Assembly: GCA_043819135.1 (NCBI GenBank)
Contig: JBDRFG010000037.1
Coordinates: 1-14,255 of the forward strand
Direction: 5' to 3'
From: Candidatus Eiseniibacteriota bacterium
Lineage (GTDB): Bacteria > Joyebacterota > Joyebacteria > Joyebacterales > Joyebacteraceae
DNA: 14,255 bases
Both the position numbers and the translations under genes were made by a program. Below, one piece after another: positions 1 through 7,793 of this stretch; position 1 is the stretch's first letter; each line of letters opens with the position of its first letter. The notes below the pieces were generated by a model. That model saw nothing but the letters and a program-made list of their open reading frames with translations, had not been told where the DNA came from and ran no database searches.

Positions 1-1
1 C

Positions 2-1201
2 GTGGCGGCGAAAGCGTGCATCACGAAGGAAGCGAAAGGACTGTCCGCTTTTGAGCGCTATCTCACCGCGTGGGTTGCGCTCTGCATCGTCGCGGGTATC
101 GTGCTCGGGAAACTCGCGCCGGGCGCCGCGCGCTTTCTCGACGGACTCGCCATCCACGTTGACGGCGCCCCGGTGGTGTCCATTCCCATCGCCATCTGTC
201 TCTTCTTCATGATGTACCCAATCATGGTCAAGATCGATTTCCAGGAGGTCCTGAAGGCGGGTCGCAGCGCGAAGCCGGTCGGCCTGACTCTCGTCCTCAA
301 CTGGGCCATCAAGCCGTTCACGATGTACGCGATCTCGGTCTTCTTCCTGGGCGTCCTCTTCCGCCAGTTCATAGGGCCGGACGCCGTCGACTACGTCAAG
401 ATGCCGCTCGGACTCGACCTCGACGTTGGCGCGGTCTACGGCGCGGGCCAGGTCATCCTCCGCGATGGAATCAAGATGCTCGAGGTGCCGCTCTGGCGCA
501 GCTACCTCGCGGGGTGCATTCTCCTGGGGATAGCGCCGTGCACCGCGATGGTGCTCGTGTGGGGGTACCTCGCGAAGGGCAACGACGGGCACACGCTCGT
601 CATGGTGGCCATCAACTCGCTCACCATGCTCGTGCTCTACGGCCTGCTGGGCGGGTTCCTTCTCGGCGTGGGCAGGCTGCCGGTGCCGTGGCAGGCGCTC
701 GTTCTCTCCGTCGGGATCTATGTCGCGCTGCCGCTCGTCGCCGGCTACCTCTCGCGCAAGGGCATCGTCCGGGCGAAAGGGGAGGAGTGGTTCAAGAAGA
801 AATTCCTCCACGTGCTGACGCCCGTGACAATCACCGCGCTCCTCATCACTCTCGTACTTCTCTTCTCGTTCAAGGGTGACGTCATCCTCGCCAACCCGCT
901 GACCATTCTCTGGATCGCCATCCCGCTCTTCATCCAGACCAACCTCATCTTCTGGATCGGCTACTGGGCCGCGCGCGTCATGAAGCTCTCATACGAAGAC
1001 GCGGCCCCCTCCGCGATGATAGGAGCCTCGAACCACTTCGAGGTCGCCATCGCGACGGCGGTCATGCTCTTCGGGCTTTCATCGGGCGCCGCGCTCGCGA
1101 CGGTCGTGGGCGTGCTCATCGAGGTGCCGGTGATGCTCATGCTGGTGCGGATAGCCTTGAGGACGCAGGGGTGGTTCGCACAGGACGCTGACACGGTCTG
1201 A
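2..1201 (+). CDS. acr3: ACR3-family arsenite efflux transporter (start codon at window edge, may extend upstream)
   Basis: 399-aa polytopic membrane protein with Acr3 hallmarks: [45 protein letters not shown] (conserved Cys), [13 protein letters not shown] and [13 protein letters not shown] at position 2; upstream context not visible. Confidence 0.96.
   Translation: MAAKACITKEAKGLSAFERYLTAWVALCIVAGIVLGKLAPGAARFLDGLAIHVDGAPVVSIPIAICLFFMMYPIMVKIDFQEVLKAGRSAKPVGLTLVLNWAIKPFTMYAISVFFLGVLFRQFIGPDAVDYVKMPLGLDLDVGAVYGAGQVILRDGIKMLEVPLWRSYLAGCILLGIAPCTAMVLVWGYLAKGNDGHTLVMVAINSLTMLVLYGLLGGFLLGVGRLPVPWQALVLSVGIYVALPLVAGYLSRKGIVRAKGEEWFKKKFLHVLTPVTITALLITLVLLFSFKGDVILANPLTILWIAIPLFIQTNLIFWIGYWAARVMKLSYEDAAPSAMIGASNHFEVAIATAVMLFGLSSGAALATVVGVLIEVPVMLMLVRIALRTQGWFAQDADTV
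1082..1183 (+). repeat. Direct repeat copy 1: 3' end of acr3 (putative attL)
   Basis: Aligns without gaps to 6501..6602. 1082..1137 is identical to 6501..6556 (56 bp); 8 mismatches in 102 bp by hand count. Confidence 0.95.
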
Positions 1202-1287
1202 GCCTATACTGGCCGGGGGTCGGTTTCAGGGCTCTGAGGCCACCACTCGTCCCATATCTACGTTGGTTCACTCTGCCGCATGTTCAC

Positions 1288-1316
1288 TTGCTATCTCGGA
1301 CACAATGCACTAAGCT
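1288..1316 (+). promoter_or_regulatory. Candidate sigma70-type promoter for the two + strand secreted-protein genes
   Basis: TTGCTA (1288..1293), 17-bp spacer, TAAGCT (1311..1316), about 40 bp upstream of the likely start at 1359. Confidence 0.45.
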
Positions 1317-1358
1317 CACCACACACATCCGTGGGACATCCACATGGAGCTGGTTGTC

Positions 1359-3188
1359 ATGAGCGATTCGTCGGATCACAGGCTGAGATTCTCTCTAGCA
1401 CTCGGGATCACCCTCTTGGTGGCTCTCTCCGCCAGCAGCGCCTTCGGCGCCGGACTCTGGAGTGAGGCGGTGCTTGTCGGGGAGGATGATGACTATGACT
1501 GCGTTGCCCCTGGGGTAGCGGTAGCTGCCGATGGAACTGCCTTCGTCATCTGGTCCGTTCTCGATCCTGAGGAGATGGATGACGAGATTGTCTACGTCAC
1601 AGTTTCAGACACCGGGCAGTCTGAGCAGATGCTTCTACATGCGCCCAATGCAGGAATGGACCGGATCCCATTCGTCTCCGCTGGGTCTGACGGCGTGCCG
1701 TGGGTGATATGGGAACGGTACGGAGACGGTTACGAGCAGGTGGTCAGCCACTGGAACGGAGCGATATGGGTACCTCCCGAAACCGTGTTCAGTCAGGGCG
1801 GCAGGTACGACTGGTACAGCATCTATGCCGCAAGCAACGACGATGTCTTGGTGGCCCGTGACGCGAGGGTGCCCGGACGCTCAGATAGAGATGTCTTCGT
1901 GCGCCACTGGGATGGGCACTCGTGGAGTGAGGTAGAGCAGATCGGCTTCCAGGATGAGGATGACCGAAGTCCAGTGATGGCTCTGGAGCCCGGGGGCCGG
2001 GCCTTCGTGGCTTGGCTTTCCAAGTTCCCCCCTGGGAGGCCTGATCGGATTTACGCTGCCGTGCGAGATAGCGAAGGGTGGAGTACGCCTGCGGTGGTTG
2101 ATACGAGTCCCGGGAACATCGTCATGTGCGATATGGAGTTGCTTCCGGACGGCCGCCCGATCGTGGTATGGACAGGGAACGGGTACACGACCTCTACGGA
2201 CATCGAGTACGCGATCCTAGAGGACTGGGGTTGGGACTACTGCGGTCTTGTCAATGAGCCGGACGTTCCAGGAGTGGATGATGACAAGAAAGCGCGGCTT
2301 GCCCGTAGCGGGTCGGGTGACCTCTGGGCTGTCTGGCACGCTGGCCTGAGCGGCACGGGCATCACGGGGATCCAAGCTTCCAGGTGGAGGGACGATTCTT
2401 GGTCACAGGAGGAGCTCGTATCGGTTGCTGATACGACTCACCTGACCATGGATAGCACAGGAGGAGTAGCAGTCTCCAACGATGGCACGGTATGGGCCGT
2501 TTGGAAGCGAATGCAGGATGAATTCCCCTGGGACGACGACGTCTACATGGCGATTCGCGCGGCGCCGACGGCCGAAGGCGTCTACGGATTGTCGGCGCAG
2601 GTATCAGGTAGCGCCGTGATTGTGGCCTGGCATGTGTCGGGCGCGTGGTCCGACAGTGGATTCCATGTGTGGAGACTGGCCGACGCCGGCGCGGTGGATG
2701 GAGCCACGCCCGGCTCCGTACCAGCAGAAGCGGTTAGGATCACTGAGCATCCAGTGAGGGGATGCTCGGATTGCTCCTTCATCGACTCTTCAGCGAACAC
2801 TCAGGGAACATACTGGTACTGGATTGGCGGGCAGCGGAAGGGGCCTGTCCTGGGTCCGGCGAAGGCGGTCATCCACGGAAGCGGAGACTCGGAGACAGTG
2901 GGGATCACGGGTGTGAGACCCAATCCAGCATCCGACGGAGTCTGTCTGGACATCATTTCGCCAGGCGACACGAGCGCGAGTCTCGGGATCTACACCTCAG
3001 ATGGCAGGCTCCTGCGGCGCTGGCCCGTCGGCGGCACAGCGAGCAGTGGGCATGCGGCTCAGGTGATCTTCTGGGACGGAACAGACTCGGCGGGAAGGAG
3101 GTTGCCCAGTGGGATCTACTTCGCTGCGCTCGTTGAGGAAGGTCGTTCCTTGAGCGGGAGTGTGAGGACAATCGTGATTCTTAGGTGA
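1359..3188 (+). CDS. Secreted 7-bladed beta-propeller protein with Fn3-like domain and C-terminal FlgD-Ig/T9SS type A-like sorting domain
   Basis: ORF 1344..3188; ATG 1359 preferred because GGAG lies at 1346..1349. Signal peptide RLRFSLALGITLLVALSASSAFG. Seven ~50-aa repeats of pattern W-S-x-P/E...P-x-V-A...DG...V-x-W...D-I/V-Y. Fn3-like segment (VIVAWHV...GFHVWR...FID...YWYWI). CTD RPNP...IYTSDGRLLR...WDGTDSAGRRLPSGIYF...IVILR. Confidence 0.85.
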   Translation: MSDSSDHRLRFSLALGITLLVALSASSAFGAGLWSEAVLVGEDDDYDCVAPGVAVAADGTAFVIWSVLDPEEMDDEIVYVTVSDTGQSEQMLLHAPNAGMDRIPFVSAGSDGVPWVIWERYGDGYEQVVSHWNGAIWVPPETVFSQGGRYDWYSIYAASNDDVLVARDARVPGRSDRDVFVRHWDGHSWSEVEQIGFQDEDDRSPVMALEPGGRAFVAWLSKFPPGRPDRIYAAVRDSEGWSTPAVVDTSPGNIVMCDMELLPDGRPIVVWTGNGYTTSTDIEYAILEDWGWDYCGLVNEPDVPGVDDDKKARLARSGSGDLWAVWHAGLSGTGITGIQASRWRDDSWSQEELVSVADTTHLTMDSTGGVAVSNDGTVWAVWKRMQDEFPWDDDVYMAIRAAPTAEGVYGLSAQVSGSAVIVAWHVSGAWSDSGFHVWRLADAGAVDGATPGSVPAEAVRITEHPVRGCSDCSFIDSSANTQGTYWYWIGGQRKGPVLGPAKAVIHGSGDSETVGITGVRPNPASDGVCLDIISPGDTSASLGIYTSDGRLLRRWPVGGTASSGHAAQVIFWDGTDSAGRRLPSGIYFAALVEEGRSLSGSVRTIVILR

Positions 3189-3240
3189 AGTGCTGTTCTG
3201 CGCATCGCCTCCCCCGTACTACCTCCAGTCTGTCACAATG

Positions 3241-3248
3241 AAGGAGGT
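3241..3248 (+). promoter_or_regulatory. Shine-Dalgarno site
   Basis: AAGGAGGT 5 nt upstream of ATG 3254. Confidence 0.8.
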
Positions 3249-3253
3249 CCAGA

Positions 3254-6200
3254 ATGAAAGCTCATTCTCTTATTGCAATTGTGATGTTGGGCCTCATCGC
3301 TGTAGCCCCAGCCCACCCCCAGTTCTTGGGCGAGGGTGGTATCGGCATCACGTCGCCCCCTGACAGCACCGGCGCGTCGGTTCCTGGTCGTGGCTGCCCT
3401 GACTGGACGTCCACGAACAACGACTTCTACAACCTCTACGACGTGGGTGCCTACTACGAGTGGATTGATCTCGATATCGATCTTCTCATAAGTAGTCAGT
3501 TCGACGGCCAGCAGCACGGCTTCGTTACTGATACTGAAGCACGCAACTTCCTGGATGCTCTCGATTTGGAATTCGACAATCGCTTCAACTGGCAGGACAC
3601 AGATCTTGCCATGACTTTCAAGTACGCGCACCGCTCTGAGATTCCCTACGATGAGACGAATCCGATCTACCACTTTCTGGTGTATCAAGATTGCCTCGAC
3701 GACCCAAGCGTGCCGATCGATGAGATCAACCACCTTGACGTCTACCTCAGACCCGGCAACAGCGCCAGTTGGCCGGGCCCCAGCGACAAGAAAGAGGATG
3801 GCCCGGTCGGAGAACCCGATATCTGGCATGAGAACTCTGTTGGCGTCGCAGACCTTGGGGGGAACGACCTAGAGAGCACTGACGAAGAGCTTTGGCCGCG
3901 GCGGAGCGCACAGCAGGCATGTCATGAGTTCACGCATATCTGCTGGGACTCCAATGAGAAGACCTACGGTGTGCACTACACGGAGGAATACGCCGTCAAC
4001 CCCCGCGACTACTGGGAGCTGTTCACCTGCTCTGCCGAGTACCTAGTGGTTCCTCCTATTGACTCCCTGCAATGGGACCTTCGATATGGGTACAGCATTC
4101 TGGATGACATGAGCGAGGCTCACGGAGGACCGTCGGGCTTCGATCCGTCCTGCGCTGACCCTCCTGCATCCATGGGGGTTAATGGCAGGAATTACCAGAG
4201 GTATCACCTGTGGAGGCTCTTCGGGTCCTATCTCGGATGGAGATTCAGGGACCCCGCCATTGGGGAGACGTTACTGTCTCGGTGGTCCAGGAATCTCACG
4301 TACCGCAACGGTTCTTGGGCGATGGAGCGGACCTTCTGCGGGCTAGCCAAGATCCTCGATGATGAAGAGCTATATGGAGACATAGGACACGGAACACCGT
4401 GGGAGGGGCCGGGAGAGGCAAGGACAAGCACCCTCTTCGCAGATTACGGGATCGCGCGGTGGGTTGACCACAACAACTACGATTCGGACTACTACTTCGG
4501 TTCGGACTACTCACCCTGTTGGAGCGCAGGGCAGTTCATGAAGGTTGATTCGAATACTCTCGCGTACTGGGAGCTGGCGATACCACCTGAGTTTGTATTG
4601 GACGGTGACAATGTCGACGAGTGGACGGAGTATCCGGACCCGAGCGACGCCAACTGCCCCGACGGCTGGTACGACTACGATCACGGTGCTGGGTACGGGC
4701 ACACCTGCGTACCCATCAAGGTCGACCTCTGGGGCAGCAATTATCTCGTCTTCCGGGCCGACACGGACTACTTCACGCAGAGTTGGGACGACACCCTGGT
4801 GCTTGAGTTCGACTGGACCGGCAATATGAACCAGGATGTCATGTTGTGGATGAGCGTTCTGACATACCCCACCTCTGCGGACAGCCTGTTTCTTCACGGT
4901 GCCGAGCTGCAGGTCGTGGATACGGAAGTCTACCGCCCATGGGATCCTCAGACGGTCACGATCACTGTACCCGATTTCAAGCGCGACCATACGGAGGCCG
5001 TCGTGATCGTCCTCACGGTCACGGACCGTCTCTACGACATCGACCATGATCCCACGTATCGGTGCATGAGGAGAATGGCGTACACGGAAGGCGGACCAGA
5101 TCTGGTCTTCTCGTATCGTTTCAAAGTTGTTGGGACCCACGACCCGGGCGGCGGTTGTCCCTTCGTTGCTTCACGGACGTCAAGTGGCTACGTTGAGGAC
5201 AACAACGTACTGGCCAGTGGCGTGGCTTTCGGAAGCGACATCCTGGACGCCTACCTGCTGGCAGAGAAACCAGAGAACGTCGGAGGTGAGTACGGCATCC
5301 AGATCTCCGAGAATGACACCGACTACACGCAGTTCGACAGAATCCGGCTGCTAGCCGTGGATCACTCGCCAGATCTTGACGTTGCTGCGTTCTCTGATGG
5401 CTCTGTCGGTCCATACTCTGTGTCGGCGCTTCCCGTCGCCTGCCGCGATTCCGATGGGCGCGACCTGCTGAATGCAGTGTTGGCACAGGACGGCGAATCC
5501 GTGCTGATCGAAGGCGGCTCGTGGATTGAGGTGGTCTTCCCGGCGCCAGGGCAGTCCCGCGGAGGCGGGGTAGGCACCCGCGGGAATCCCAGCCAGAAGA
5601 TCGACCCGCCCGGAGGTGGCGGGCGAGATGCGTCGTCACCAGGCGAACTCGATCTCACCGAGCTGTGCTACCGCGCGAATCCATGCACACGCATACTAGA
5701 TACTCAGGGCGCCCTCTCCATTGATGGGGATCTCGCACGACTCAGAGTAACCGCTCCACGAGACTTCTATCTGGACCACATCTTCCTGGCGGATCGACCC
5801 AATGAGCCGGTTCTGGTTCGGGACTGTGAGGTTGCCCGCGCCGAGCACTCCGCGTTCGGGGACTGCTCTGGCGCTGTCGCGGCGGATGATGGGTCATACG
5901 TCGAACTAGCACCGGGCAATGCGATTGAGGTACTCTTCCGAGCGCCACAATTGGCGAGCGACCACGTTCGAGACTTCGTACTGGTGACTGAAGGGCAGTA
6001 CGAGTTCGGGCGAGGCGATGAGGACACGCCCGAGCCACAGCCCGAGGAACCCAGCTTTAGCACAGTGGCCTATCCCAACCCGTTCCGCGAGTTGACGACG
6101 ATCAGCTACGACGTGCCTGAGCCCGGCGGCCATGTGATCGTGCGCGTGTACAGCGCTGCTGGGAGACTGGTTCGAGAGCTGGAGAATCAACCGCTACGGG

Positions 6201-6328
6201 CCGGTACCCGAACGCTGATCTGGGATGGCACAGACGATCGAGGAGAGTCCGTTGCTTCCGGCGTCTATTTCTGCAAGATTCAGGCGGCGGGCCGCGAGGC
6301 CGAGAGCAGGCTTGTTGTCTTGAAGTGA
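3254..6328 (+). CDS. Large secreted putative zinc metallopeptidase (gluzincin-like HExxH...E) with a GGGCPF module and C-terminal FlgD-Ig/T9SS type A-like domain
   Basis: 1024 aa, strong RBS, signal peptide [27 protein letters not shown] at 3923..3937 with [10 protein letters not shown] 26 residues later. GGGCPFV...[10 protein letters not shown] module from 5147. CTD YPNPF...[10 protein letters not shown]...[17 protein letters not shown]...LVVLK. The CDS is secure; the peptidase call is less so. Confidence 0.8.
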   Translation: MKAHSLIAIVMLGLIAVAPAHPQFLGEGGIGITSPPDSTGASVPGRGCPDWTSTNNDFYNLYDVGAYYEWIDLDIDLLISSQFDGQQHGFVTDTEARNFLDALDLEFDNRFNWQDTDLAMTFKYAHRSEIPYDETNPIYHFLVYQDCLDDPSVPIDEINHLDVYLRPGNSASWPGPSDKKEDGPVGEPDIWHENSVGVADLGGNDLESTDEELWPRRSAQQACHEFTHICWDSNEKTYGVHYTEEYAVNPRDYWELFTCSAEYLVVPPIDSLQWDLRYGYSILDDMSEAHGGPSGFDPSCADPPASMGVNGRNYQRYHLWRLFGSYLGWRFRDPAIGETLLSRWSRNLTYRNGSWAMERTFCGLAKILDDEELYGDIGHGTPWEGPGEARTSTLFADYGIARWVDHNNYDSDYYFGSDYSPCWSAGQFMKVDSNTLAYWELAIPPEFVLDGDNVDEWTEYPDPSDANCPDGWYDYDHGAGYGHTCVPIKVDLWGSNYLVFRADTDYFTQSWDDTLVLEFDWTGNMNQDVMLWMSVLTYPTSADSLFLHGAELQVVDTEVYRPWDPQTVTITVPDFKRDHTEAVVIVLTVTDRLYDIDHDPTYRCMRRMAYTEGGPDLVFSYRFKVVGTHDPGGGCPFVASRTSSGYVEDNNVLASGVAFGSDILDAYLLAEKPENVGGEYGIQISENDTDYTQFDRIRLLAVDHSPDLDVAAFSDGSVGPYSVSALPVACRDSDGRDLLNAVLAQDGESVLIEGGSWIEVVFPAPGQSRGGGVGTRGNPSQKIDPPGGGGRDASSPGELDLTELCYRANPCTRILDTQGALSIDGDLARLRVTAPRDFYLDHIFLADRPNEPVLVRDCEVARAEHSAFGDCSGAVAADDGSYVELAPGNAIEVLFRAPQLASDHVRDFVLVTEGQYEFGRGDEDTPEPQPEEPSFSTVAYPNPFRELTTISYDVPEPGGHVIVRVYSAAGRLVRELENQPLRAGTRTLIWDGTDDRGESVASGVYFCKIQAAGREAESRLVVLK

Positions 6329-6359
6329 CCTTGCCTCCTTGTGGGATCGATGGAATTAC

Positions 6360-6395
6360 CGGTCCCAGGGGCATCTCGAGATGTCCGGGGGACCG
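6360..6395 (+). terminator. Stem-loop downstream of the 1024-aa gene; probable terminator or transcript-end structure
   Basis: CGGTCCCAGGGGCATC-TCGA-GATGTCCGGGGGACCG: 16-bp arms with 13 Watson-Crick pairs, 1 G-U and a 2x2 internal loop, 31 nt after the stop. No poly-U tail. Confidence 0.5.
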
Positions 6396-6500
6396 TCTCC
6401 TGGTGGGGGCTTCTCGTGGTTCCTACGTTGTGGCTGCCGCCCAAAGAAGGTCTCGCGGAAGATCATGACTGCCGAGGTAGCGATATCTCTTGTTCTTCCG

Positions 6501-6608
6501 TCGGGCGCCGCGCTCGCGACGGTCGTGGGCGTGCTCATCGAGGTGCCGGTGATGCTGATGCTGGTGAGGATCTGTTTGCGGACGCAGGGGTGGTTCGCTC
6601 AGCGATAG
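6501..6608 (+). pseudogene. acr3: Detached acr3 3' fragment (direct repeat copy 2, putative attR)
   Basis: Encodes [35 protein letters not shown], versus [39 protein letters not shown] in the full gene. No acr3 homology upstream of about 6495. Confidence 0.9.
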
Positions 6609-7696
6609 AGCGCCTTGATCGCACCCCAGGAGAACTCGCTGACGACTACCTGCGTGCAGGCTTCATCAAGACACCACGGGTCGAAGTCCACACAGGACTC
6701 CAGGGACGGGTCGTCGTAGCAGTCGACGATCTTGGCGTCGATCTCCAGCGGGTCTGTCGTGCCCCACCAGTTACCCTCGGCGTCGATGTCCTCCCATGGG
6801 GAGCAATACGCTTGGGCTTCAATGATCTCGATGTTGAGCGCATTGCCCGTGAAACGGTTACCGTGGAGAGTACCCCAACACAGCATTGCGCCAATGTCCT
6901 TGCCCTGTATTGTGTTATCGATGACGGCTACATCGCAGGGATTGCCCGCCAAGTAGATGCCGTGGCTTGACCAACGTCCTCCGGGGGCGCGGGGCAGTAC
7001 CCCTATCGTGTTGGATTCTATAGTGAGCGGTGCAGGAGAAAGACCGTCGCTCCAGACACCGACTTCGCTCTCCACCTCGTTTCCGACGACCATGCCGCCC
7101 GAGTCCCAGAAGACGACTGATCCATAGACTCTGTTGTTGCGAATCGTCGGAGACGACAGCTCCTTGCTGTACACGCCATGCGCCCATACATCGATCGTGT
7201 TTGCCTCGATGACCGGAGAGCTTGCGTAGCACAGCACACCGGTGCGCAGTCCCCAGCCTAACCCTTCGTTCTCAACGTTGAATCCCGTGAATACTGTCTG
7301 AGGTCCACATCCTTCGAAGTACACGGCTGCCTGACAACCGATTGCCCCGATCGTCGTCGAATCAGGACCTGCGGTGCTCCGCAGCATGACGCCGTCCTTC
7401 ATTACGACTGCCGCCCGATTCATGCTCAGCGGATCGTGCATGTCCACATATTGTACCTCAGAGTAGAGACCGGGCAGCACCGCAACGGTGTCGCCCGAGA
7501 CCGCAGCCACCATCCCCTCACCGATCAGCTGAAACGGCTGCAGCCAGCTGCCATCTCCCGTCCCCGGTTGAGCGTCGTCGTCGACGTAGAGAACACGCCC
7601 CAAGCACGTACCGACAAATGCTGCTTCGAGCGCGATCACAGCGCCGATACAGGCCAGCAGCCTTACGCGATTGCACGTTCCAAGTGCTGAGCGCAC
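6599..7696 (-). CDS. Secreted right-handed parallel beta-helix (pectin lyase-like/NosD-like) protein with C-terminal [10 protein letters not shown] motif, copy B
   Basis: ORF 6599..7789; GTG 7696 preferred (GGAGG at 7706..7702, followed by a signal-like segment [21 protein letters not shown]). Motifs LYVDDDA...GDGS...PF..I.EGM...[13 protein letters not shown], SSPxIxNN repeats and DAEGNWWG. Collinear paralog of 10742..11884. Confidence 0.85.
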   Translation of the reverse strand: MRSALGTCNRVRLLACIGAVIALEAAFVGTCLGRVLYVDDDAQPGTGDGSWLQPFQLIGEGMVAAVSGDTVAVLPGLYSEVQYVDMHDPLSMNRAAVVMKDGVMLRSTAGPDSTTIGAIGCQAAVYFEGCGPQTVFTGFNVENEGLGWGLRTGVLCYASSPVIEANTIDVWAHGVYSKELSSPTIRNNRVYGSVVFWDSGGMVVGNEVESEVGVWSDGLSPAPLTIESNTIGVLPRAPGGRWSSHGIYLAGNPCDVAVIDNTIQGKDIGAMLCWGTLHGNRFTGNALNIEIIEAQAYCSPWEDIDAEGNWWGTTDPLEIDAKIVDCYDDPSLESCVDFDPWCLDEACTQVVVSEFSWGAIKALYR

Positions 7697-7793
7697 CCCC
7701 CCCTCCCTTCTGCCCCTTGCCTCCAGGTGCGACGGCTCTCGTCCTGTCCGCGAATCAGAACCGCACGCAACTGAATCAGGGGACAGCACAAGG

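Larger units (their letters stand above)
1138..6500. mobile_element. Putative integrase-less genomic islet inserted at the acr3 3' end
   Basis: Bounded by the duplicated acr3 3' end. Cargo genes use visibly more A/T-ending codons than acr3. No integrase or transposase ORF inside, so mobility is inferred. Confidence 0.5.

Noticed and set aside
3233..5140. Long antisense ORFs 3233..3829 and 4511..5140
   Set aside because: Codon-register shadows of the 1024-aa gene, common in GC-rich DNA; no independent RBS or motifs.
5147..5170. GGGC as the start of a Hint/intein domain
   Set aside because: Followed by PFV, not the C-[FL]-x-x-G-T pattern, and no TxxH block or terminal HN is visible.
6339..6608. 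89-aa ORF ending in the Acr3 C-terminal helix as a real small gene
   Set aside because: The first ~54 codons run through a stem-loop and intergenic DNA with no RBS or Acr3 similarity; only the duplicated tail is meaningful.
6341..6970. 209-aa + strand ORF
   Set aside because: Out of frame with the acr3 fragment and antisense to the well-supported beta-helix gene; no recognisable motifs.
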